This document shows positions 54,801 to 64,000 of a DNA stretch of 64,000 bases, one piece after another. The position numbers and the translations under genes are program-made. This stretch comes from Saccostrea echinata (Eukaryota). Location of the stretch: positions 9,238,001-9,302,000 of the forward strand of contig NW_026889761.1 in the NCBI RefSeq assembly GCF_033153115.1, written 5' to 3'. The notes beneath the pieces are model-generated. The model ran no database searches, was not told the origin of the DNA, and worked only from the letters and a program-made list of their open reading frames with translations. Numbering within the stretch: the stretch's first letter is position 1; the number at the start of each line of letters is the position of its first letter.

Positions 54801-56654
54801 CGCTTTCTTATCTTTAATCAGAACCTTGAAAGAAAGATTTTGTTTTAAACATTAGACAATGGAACTATTTTTGAAATGATTTATTGGACTTTTCGTTGCC
54901 AAAAAGATGAATTCTTTAAAGATATCCAGACGTCCATGGTAATGCCTAAATTAATATTCATCTACCTTAGTGACATGCGAATTCGAGGAGACATGCAGGT
55001 TCTGTCGCTTCATTACCGGTCGTAAAAATGCTTTGACGGAACTCCAACGCTCTCCATTTCTTGTTGTTTCTTGAGACGTACAATATCCTTTAGGATTAAA
55101 ATCATGTTAAAATTTTACGTTATACACATAATGTTAAAATAAAAATGAAAGCAGTATACATCTAAGAAATGTATAGAAAAGATGGCTAAATGAAGGACAC
55201 TTCCGATAAAAAAAGGCAATGAAGACTAATAATGTATGGCCTAAAAATTTCTTTTTTTTTTCAGATACATGTTTTTTTTATATGGTCAGCATTTGATTTC
55301 TCTTTCCATCATACCAGATGTTTTCAGTAAATGCAATAACACGACATGAATGGCTTACAGTCCTTTTTTCGTGTAGAAAAGAATTTGTAAAAAAAAAAAA
55401 AAAGGGCAGCACATTAAACTCTGATAATCGTAATACTCATAATTTTTATTTAAATAAATATCTAAGAAAAAACATTCCAATCTACCTATTTGCGATTTTC
55501 CATTACAGTCTGTGATAGGGTGACCTAACTCTTGCATTGCTCTGCTATACACATTATTGAGAGGAGTGGCACTTCCGTCACTGATTGTCAAATATCCCCC
55601 TTTTCCATGATACGCTGTTTAAAGATATGAAAAAAATATATCAAAGATTCTTCTACTTTAAAAGAATACGAAAGGAAACTATGTAAATGAAAGGAAAAAA
55701 TGCAAATAAAAATTAAAAATTATAATCTTCAAGTAAACATTAATCTTATTAAATAAAATACCTACTTGAACTTTGAAGCTCTGGAATTTGTATATCTTCA
55801 GATTTAATGAAATACGGAAGAACATCTTTATAGCTCCAACCCGTGCACCCCTCCTTGGCCCAGCCATGGTAGTCATGGCGACTGCCGCGAACATGTTGCA
55901 TAAAGTTCAAATTACTTGTACCCCCAAGTACTCTTCCTCTCGGCCATGCACACTTCTAAAAATATTAATTCAACATGCAGACTTTTTTTGTTACATTTAA
56001 AATGTTTAAAAAGTATTTTGGATTCAATTTTAAAGAAGGTGCATGCAATATTTTATGGAGTTTCAATGTACCTTATCCTTCATTGCCAAGCATGCCTTCT
56101 TCTGAGATACAGTTCGGAACTTCCAGTCTTGCTTTGATAGCTGGATACTTGAAGAGGCGATTGGGATACTTATGTTCATGTTTTCATCCTCGGAACCCCC
56201 AGCTTCTAGAATAAGAACCGATGATTCTGGATCTTCTGACAGTCTATTTGCAAGTACACACCCTGCTGTTCCAGCTCCCACTGAACAGATATTTATCAAA
56301 ATAAAAAAATAAATATTTATATAACTGTTCACAGTAAAACCAACTTGGTACACAAGAGCTTCCACTACGTACAATTAAGATTCCAGTACACCATGCAGTA
56401 AATTCACGTAAATAAAAATACTCAGCTTATTGGCATAAAATATTTCCAGTAAGATGGTTTCAATTACTACAATTCCAATGACTTCTTTTGATTGAAATGA
56501 AACAAAGCCATATTTAGGGCTTATAACACTTACATATGATGTAATCATACGAAGAGTTGAATGAAACTGGTTCCTCCGTTTGAGATTTTCGGTTTGTGAA
56601 GTATACAACCGAAACACCAACCACTAAGACAATTATGGCCCCTTTAGTCCCCAT
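51842..56654 (-). CDS. GMC oxidoreductase paralogue D, 11 coding exons, ~609 aa
   Basis: Exons 56654-56534, 56280-56072, 55955-55766, 55614-55486, 55087-54966, 54824-54657, 54396-54246, 53645-53497, 53206-53014, 52427-52196, 52007-51842 (1830 nt). Motifs: [52 protein letters not shown]. Confidence 0.93.
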
Positions 56655-56747
56655 TTTTCCTAAGTTTTGTGATTCAGGTCCACTGGTTCACGCTACAGAA
56701 TATATTATGCATGAAAATATAATTTCCTATTTCCATACTGAACTGCA

Positions 56748-56935
56748 TGACTACGGATTTTTCCGTATTCCCAATAAAGACAAAGGGCTCATGACGGGTG
56801 ATCGGTTGACATGGGATGCTCACTCCTCCATGGCACCTGATCCCACCTCTGTTTTCAGAGGTCTGGGTTGGATCTGCTCATAATATGTATTTTTACGTGG
56901 AATTTTGAGGATGATCACTGTTCGTTATCTTCAAA
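56748..56935 (+). mobile_element. Penelope-like (Naiad-type) 3' fragment upstream of GMC-D coding exon 1
   Basis: gggatgctcactcctccatggcacctgatcccacctct...gatcactgttcgttatcttc. Confidence 0.75.
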
Positions 56936-56949
56936 ATTCATTTTAAAGC

Positions 56950-57010
56950 ACTTAACTAATTAACTACTTAACTAATTAACTACTTAACTAATTAACTACT
57001 TAACTAATTT
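56950..57010. repeat. 16-bp tandem repeat (CTTAACTAATTAACTA, ~3.5 copies)
   Basis: Directly visible. Confidence 0.85.
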
Positions 57011-57749
57011 CTGAAATGTATTTTTCAAAGAAATTTTTAAATGTTTTGTAAACACTATACAGTCTAGCTCTTTTATGTCACTTACACCTCTTCGTAGACT
57101 TTGGCTTTTACGTGAATATCATTTAATTGTCCGCGAACAAGATGGATTAATTAACTGGATGGAATAACCTTGGAATTACCTGTTTTTGTTACGACAGGTC
57201 GCAGAAAAATATGCGTGTAAATACAGCATAAAACCTTTATTTTTCTGCTAGCTATATTAAACAAGTTAAATAGCAAAAAGTTAACATGGCCACGCCTGTG
57301 CGCAGACAATTAATAGTTATACAAAAACAAATCATATTACATTTAAAATGCGTTAGCTACAATAAATATATTTCAATGAGCCCTTTTAAATCTCGATAAA
57401 ACCAGCATAGCGTTGTGTAAAACTGGAAAAACGAAATCGAAAGTAGCACAATGATAAGTACAACTAAAGGAAAAAAAGCTCTCACATTACATAGAGAATA
57501 CTTCACCGAAGGTCTGTGCACGTTTCCATTCCATTCGGTGCACATTCGATCGATTTCTGACTAAATTCTTCTTTTTGATGTCGCATGATGTCCCAGAAAA
57601 CAAAGTGGCAAACGTTGCAGTCAAAAACTGATAATATATGCAGATTTTCTTTACTTGATTTTTTTCAACCATGAAAATGTAATGTTCTGTTCATTAAAAG
57701 GTATGGCATGTCAAACGTTGCAAAATTTCGATCTTTTGTAATGTACATA

Positions 57750-58095
57750 CATAATTTTCCATTTGCATTGTATAATTTTCCATTTGTATTGTATAATTTT
57801 CATTTGTATTGTAAAAATCTTATTTGTATTCTATAATTAATTTTCCATCTATATTTTAATTTTTATTTGTATTGTATGATTTTTCATTTGTATTGTATAA
57901 TTTTCCATTTGTATTATATAATTTTCAATTTGCATTGAATAATTTTCCATTTGTATTGTATGAATTTTCATTTCTGTTGTATGATGTTCCATTTCTATTG
58001 TATAATTATACAATACAAACGAAAAATTATACAATACATATGGAAAATTATAGAATAAAAATGGAACATTATAGAATGCAAATAAAAATTATACA
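57750..58095. repeat. 21-bp minisatellite array with an internal inversion
   Basis: ~12 units of ATAATTTTCCATTTGTATTGT, then ~4 reverse-complement units, pivoting at ttgtataattatacaa (~57998-58013). Confidence 0.85.
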
Positions 58096-58838
58096 AGTAG
58101 TTTGGTCCTGGTCCTCAAGCCCCAAAGGAGAGAGATCATGAAAAACACAGTTTTTGTACCTCTTTGTCTGTTCGTGCTATTTATCAAAATTGGCTGAAAT
58201 AAGTTCAGCAGTTCTAGAGAAGAACTTGGGTTAAAAAAAGTGTTCAAATGTTGACGCAGGACGACGGACGAAAACAGATAGCAATGGGTCGCCTGGGCGA
58301 TTAGAACACTGGGTGAAAGAATTCACCAAAAGCGGAATGGAAGTAAATGGAGACCCAAATGAAGACTCAAATGGCCAACGATAATACTACAAACACACAT
58401 GTACATTATTTTTCTTTACCAGTGTAATTTTTGTATGTTTTCTGCTAACCTGGCATATTCACATTATACTAAATTACAAAGCCTTGTTCTCCTATTAACC
58501 ATGCAAAAGTTACGAATAGGTCAAATACTGCATGGTACATTTGTACACTGTAATATAATAACACTTCATGCATTTCAATATGAGTATGTATACGAGGTAA
58601 AACGGCGATTTTCCATGAAATTTGATGACCGCTGACCGCGTTACGCAGGAGACCGCTTAATAGAGTTACATTATATAGGAAAATTTATTGCCCAGGAGGA
58701 AATAAAATGACCGCATAGGACAGGTGCCCGCTGGATAAAGGTGACCGCTATGACAAGGTTGACTGTATTTCCTTTAGAAAGAGATTCCTTTAATCATTTT
58801 AGATACCAGCATATGCCTGTATACATCTTGATAGAATA

Positions 58839-59021
58839 CTGTAGATTCTTAAATATTTGCGAGGAAGTATTTATCGCGTAATTTCGCGAGAAGCACCATT
58901 TATGGTACTGAAATCCATATAAAATCTCTTGATCAACCCTCCACTCGCGAATTATTGTTCTCGCAATTTAATATAGCCATTTCGCTATATCAAATACTCG
59001 CTAAGAATAAGGAATCTACAG
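58839..59021. mobile_element. TA-flanked MITE family 1 copy 3
   Basis: CTGTAGATTC...GGAATCTACAG TIRs with TA flanks; internally shorter than copy 1. Confidence 0.8.
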
Positions 59022-59039
59022 TACAATACATCATGGTCC

Positions 59040-59535
59040 TGTCATCAAGTGGATCTCCTTCACAGGTTGTTTTGACCTGTCCACTACAACCTGCTCTTCA
59101 CGCTTCTTCCATAAACACATGGATTCCATTTCTGCTTCCCTAAGACCTCTGATAAATTACCGTCTCTCAGTTCCTGTTATTCCGATGACCCGCAAATCCC
59201 TCCACATGGAAAGCCCCCACAAATCCTCGGCATCTCCACTGGAGGATGCCACACTCTCCAGTCTCGCTGCTGACTTCTCCAACCAAATCCTTTTACTTGT
59301 TCAGCTTCCGCTAGTGGGATTTTTTGGTTCTACCCTCCGTCGGCACTGTAAACCTAGAGGATGGAGACCAAATAACAATATCAGATCTCTGATTGGTAGC
59401 TGTGCTATGTACGAATCTCAGGTGTTTCCATAATCGTTGTGTCAACCTCTAGGCTTTCTATGGGATTCTTTTTGATCCTGGTGATTCTGCTGCTCCAGCC
59501 CTCCTATCTAACATTTTTGACTTCTCAAAACTGAC
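59040..59535 (-). mobile_element. Degenerate HERO-like non-LTR retrotransposon 3' fragment (restriction-like endonuclease domain)
   Basis: Frameshifted minus-strand translation gives LEVD...PE...TNQRSDIVIWSPSSR...TVP...RKLNK...CRGFVG. This resembles the RPDIV...ELTVPWE...RK..KY...VEVGCRGF pattern of R2-superfamily RLE domains. Multiple stops. Confidence 0.65.
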
Positions 59536-59671
59536 CTACAAATCTAGTAAACACAAAACTAATATTGATTATATTATGTAATTACAGACGCATATAATCT
59601 TTATGAACATTGATAATTTCTTATATTTTTAAAGCTTACACTAAAATCGAGGACAGCTTATATAATAATTC

Positions 59672-61260
59672 TTCTCTAGAACCGCTAAACCAATTTCAAC
59701 CAATTTTGGCATATAGCATCTATGGGTAAAGGGGAACAAAAGTTGTCTATTTCATGGTCCCTGTCCCCACTGGGGCCTGAGGGGTGGGGCTAAAACCACC
59801 AAAATTGATTCAATCTTTCAAAATCTTTACTCCTGGACATCAAGCAGCCAAAGTGTTGGCATGATTGTAATAAGCATCGGGCCCTCTACCAAAATTTTGA
59901 AATTCATGGCCCCAGGATCAGGGGTTCTAGATCTGGTGTTAGGGCGGGACTCTATTGATTATAAAGTGAAAATGCATTCTTCCTCTCTGCTCCTGGGTAT
60001 TATTTAAACAAACTAAGTGCATGGTTATGATGCAAAAGGATACCTTTTCCAAAATTGTGAATTTCATGGCCCCTGTGTCAGGGGTTCTGGTGTTAGGGCG
60101 GAGCTCTATTGATAATATAGTGAAAATGCATTAATTCTTTGAAAATCTTATTCTCTGCTCCTGGGTATTATTTAAACAAACTAACTGCATGGTTATGATA
60201 AACCATAATGCCTTTTCCAAAATTGTGAAATTCATGGCCCAAGGGTTGGGGTTGGGGGGCTCTATTGGTTATATTGTGAAAAAGCATGATTAAATCCTTT
60301 GAAAATAATATTTTCTGTTCCTGGTTATAAATCAAAGAAACTAAGTGTATAGTTATGTTTAACAAGAGTGCTTCTTCCAGAATTGTGAATTTCATGGCCC
60401 CTAGGTCAGATGTTCTGGTGCTTTATAGATAATATAGTGAAAATGCACTATTTCTGTTAAAAAATCCTGTCTGTCCCTTTTTGTTAAGCAGGTAAACAAA
60501 GAGCATAGTTATGATGAACAATCGTGCTTTTTCCAATTTTTTTAAACTTGTGTTCCACGGTTTTGGTGTTTCTCGGGGGGTGGGGGTGGGGTGGGGGTGG
60601 GGGGTTATATTGCTACTATAGTGAAAATGTGTTGATTCTTTGAAAATCTTCAACGAAGTGCATAGTTATGATGATGAGGGTACCTCTACCAAATTTATGA
60701 ATTTCATGACCCTGGGACATGGGTTTTGGTGTTTGGGTAGGGCTGTGTTGAATCCATAGTGAAAATGCATTATTTCTTTGAAAATCTTCTTTGTTCCTTG
60801 GCATATCGAAGGCAAACGTTAAACAAGGATATTTTACCAGATTTTTGAACATCAGGACCATTTGGTCAAATGTTCTGGTCCTGGCCAGGGCTCTAATATA
60901 TAAATATTGCATTTAGTTGAGTGTAACATTGAAAATTTTCACCCCCAAAAAACCATTGTCAACCGAGGCGCAGCCTCAAATAAAATTGACCAAGAGAGGC
61001 CAATATGAGAGGTCACAATATGGGGTTAAAAGTAGTAAAAAACTAATAGTTTGTTATTAGTCTGCATGGTGATAGTGATAAATGGGTGATAGATTAGAAT
61101 TTAATTTATGAGTCTAGACTAATTATTCCAGTGATCCTGATCATCCTATTTCTCTTGCAACAAAGCTTCATCCATCAGTTTTTGTTTTTTTTTTGTATTC
61201 TATGGATCCTCTAAATTGTTGTATTATACCAAGGTGACCGTTAAGGCCCTTGGGCCTCTT
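59672..61260 (-). mobile_element. Second, inverted copy of the HINE/satellite element at 42570-44575 (3'-truncated)
   Basis: Ends ggtgaccgttaaggcccttgggcctctt, the reverse complement of 42573-42600. Shares unique segments and ~160-170-bp tandem units at 59860-60780. Confidence 0.85.
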
Positions 61261-61320
61261 CATTGATGTCTATCGGACATGCCACGAAACATTTTACGTA
61301 CGACGAAAGATATGCATGTC

Positions 61321-61347
61321 CCGGAAATCGCATGATTTTGCGGGAAA
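61321..61347 (+). promoter_or_regulatory. ETS-like CCGGAAAT and E2F-like GCGGGAAA sites
   Basis: Motifs at 61321-61328 and 61340-61347 in a locally CpG-rich patch just upstream of the ATG at 61368. Confidence 0.45.
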
Positions 61348-61367
61348 TTCGGAAAGAAATATATAGT

Positions 61368-64000
61368 ATGTCTCAATCGTCAATTTCAGTCTTTCATTCC
61401 TGTATACCAACAAATGTTAATATATTTAGAAACGAGAAATTACAGGTGAGACCTTCTTAATGAATCAACTGAAAAAAACACATGCTTAGAATTTATTTAC
61501 AACAGACTACAGAGATACAATGTACAATGTTACCTATGAGTCCTACAATATTCTGAATCATGTGTATTACATGTACTAGTGCTGGTGCACAATTTTGCTT
61601 TACTCCACATGATGTTTTTTTTTTTTTTTTTAGAAAAAGTCGCCATGCATTCAATTAAGAAATAGAGTATCATTTTAAAACTTTTTTTGGAAATGTATAC
61701 ATAATACAGGTCTGGTACAATCTCACACTAGATTTAGCTACGTAGCTTGAATTACCTACATAGCTTTATTTACCTACCTGAAGTAGCTTTATTTAGCTAC
61801 TAAATCAAACTTATTTCTTAAATTAGCATTTTTCCCAGAAAGTGCAGAAAATAGCACTTTGATGCAGTGATAATTTTCAGCTTTGAACTCATCTGAAAAC
61901 AATTCATGAAAAATCACTCTTGGAGATGTGTCTTTTTCTGCGCAATTGCAATCAAAGTTCTAAAAGTTTGGGGGCTATATACAACAGTCAATTTGTGACC
62001 AAACAGTTATTTGTAGAATGAAATAACAAAGTAAACCAGTTTTGGTGAACATGAGCACAATGTGAAGCAATCATACTTATCCACGCCTCATTGCACACAT
62101 GGTGGGGTACAGTACGTTACTCAAACAATGGAAATACATTTTTTCCTTAAAAGTGTTCAAACGCAGCAATGTTAAAACTATCTCTGCTTTGGATTGCTCT
62201 TTAAATAATACATTGAATAAATAATAGTAGACATTTACTTGCAATTTTTTGTCTTTTTAAGATAAAAAGCAAAATTGTGAAAAGTTGCCTTGAAATAGCT
62301 AAATAAAGCTACCTGAGGTAGGTAAATAAAGCTACGGTAGGTAATTTTAGCTACGTAGCTAAATGTACTGGACCTGGTATAAAATACAGGTTTGGTCATG
62401 TGATCAAGTCCCATAAAGCCAGAAAGACTTTTATGGTACAATTGTGTGTTATTTTCTTTAAGTTAATTTTGCTCAGCTATCAGGCAATGTGTCTCAACTC
62501 AATTCTTGATAATGAGATTGAAATGACAGATCAAATGGTTGTGTGTTATAATTGACACAACAGACTCCCCACCTGCACTCTTCAAACTGTACGAGACACT
62601 GTCTAGATTGAAACATCACATGATGTCTTATGTTAGCTGCATTTCCATACTAATGGAGTCTTAGATAGTGCATTTTTTTTAAAATGAAAACCATTCAAGA
62701 GCAGATACAATTATTTTTTGTTTCTTTTAAACTCCCTATAAGAACTTAATCTTCACTACAACAGCAGGCCTGTTATATTCGCCATTATCACATGGAATTG
62801 TGGTAGCAAAAGAATTCTAGGAAAGTTTCACACAAAATTTGCTTGACAAATGCCAAACAACCCATAGTGCTTTTTGTATCTCTTAACACAGAGACATTAC
62901 CAGGTACAGCATTATGCATTCCAAATTAGGATAATTTACATCCATGATTAAAACTCTTGTGGAAATTTGGTTTGTCTAAATGAATTCTGGCAGAAGTTTG
63001 GAGGAATGCAATTGGGGTTCCTTGCATGGCTCGTACCTCGATATTTGGTCATATTTTTTTGTGGTTATACTGAGTGTATTTAGAATGAATTTAAAGGAAA
63101 GTGTCATGGTGAACACCCAAACATTCTGTGCAGTTAAAAATTTTCATACTGTTACCCGTTGTCATGCATTTTCAACCATTGCTAAGTAATGTTACCCTGA
63201 GCCCTGAGGGTGTGGTTTATGCACACAGTAGGGTAGTACTTTTTATCAAATGTTTCTAAACCAGTCAGATTTGACTATTTCAACATAAAAATACTAGTAT
63301 AACAATATATAATCTTTTTTATCAATTACACTGCCAATACTTTTTTGAATAATTTCAGGCCATTGTTCGGATACCGGATAAAATAAAGAGCTTTTCAATA
63401 ACACCAAGCAATGACTCTGAAGCAGAGGGGTGGATCTTAGTTCTAGGGTCAGTCTCAGGACAAATTTACAGAACAAGTTTTTCAGAGTTCAAGACACAGT
63501 ATGAGCAAGCACAGGTTGAGTAAGTAAAAACTTTTGAATGATTTTAAAAAAAGATAGAACTACCTATTTTCAATTCAAATTTGTACAAGAAAAGGGCTCA
63601 TAATTTGAGTAAAATTCAGTTCAGAGACATGTTAGAAATATAGTAATTCTAAACTATTTATGAATTTTCTCTTTCACTGATAAAACTTTGATTCAATGTA
63701 ATCCAATTATAAAGTAAAAGTAATGATATAAAGAACATATAAAATGAATACATGTACTATAGCAGGGCTTTCAATAAGGGTGACAGGAAGCAATTTGTCA
63801 CCCTAACCCTTTCAATGATTGAAATTCTAAAACAGCCTCTTCAAATGGATAAATTCACCTTTTCACTTCAAAATTATTGAGAGTTCTTTATAGCATGATA
63901 TCAGCATTTTGATTTCCCACTGTTTTTCAGTTTCCAGACTTCTTTAGAAAACCAGCAAATCTTCACTGACCTGTTAGATGCCTCCTCTCCAGTTTGTGAA
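61368..64000 (+). CDS. 5' exons of an unidentified plus-strand gene (weak FAAP100-like N-terminal resemblance), continues beyond the window
   Basis: ATG 61368 to 61445 then GTGAGA; tttcag then 63359-63519 then GTAAGT; acceptor at 63930 or 63937, with an open frame to the window end. Spliced peptide: MSQSSISVFHSCIPTNVNIFRNEKLQ-AIVRIPDKIKSFSITPSNDSEAEGWILVLGSVSGQIYRTSFSEFKTQYEQAQV-(DFQ)TSLENQQIFTDLLDASSPVCE. Phases are compatible. Confidence 0.6.
61707..62376. mobile_element. Non-autonomous DNA element with long (~90-bp) TIRs
   Basis: caggtctggtaca...atttagctacgtagc...tagctttatttacctacctgaagtagctttatttagcta mirrored by tagctaaataaagctacctgaggtaggtaaataaagcta...gctacgtagctaaatgtactggacctg. Confidence 0.8.

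Noticed and set aside
57849-58141. Heptad-repeat ORFs on both strands (MENYTIQ)n
   Set aside because: Product of a 21-bp non-coding minisatellite.
59119-59433. 104-aa plus-strand ORF as a host gene
   Set aside because: Antisense to a decayed RLE retrotransposon fragment.
62760-63190. Additional exon(s) of the plus-strand gene
   Set aside because: Stops in all frames over much of the interval and no clear acceptor/donor pair. Exon 1 joins 63359 in phase without it.

Overview
AT-rich, intron-containing animal genomic DNA. The repeat complement points to a bivalve, most likely an oyster (inference): Helentron/HINE-like elements with ~146-167-bp internal satellites, Naiad-type Penelope-like elements and tRNA-headed SINEs. 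On the left is the 5' part of an ARMC2 orthologue (minus strand, 14 coding exons visible, 3' end beyond the window). The middle (11.2-56.7 kb) is a head-to-tail minus-strand array of four glucose-methanol-choline (GMC) FAD oxidoreductase paralogues sharing an 11-coding-exon plan, an N-terminal hydrophobic segment and a His/Asn catalytic pair. Copies A, C and D splice to ~610-aa proteins. Copy B lacks exons 4-6 around an assembly gap and may be a pseudogene. A decayed 3' relic of a fifth copy lies at ~18.9 kb. On the right are a degenerate HERO-like RLE retrotransposon fragment and the first exons of a divergent plus-strand gene with an E2F/ETS-like promoter (weak FAAP100-like resemblance). Introns and spacers are packed with transposable elements. 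All gene models were spliced by hand from GT-AG signals and paralogue comparison; no database searches were run.
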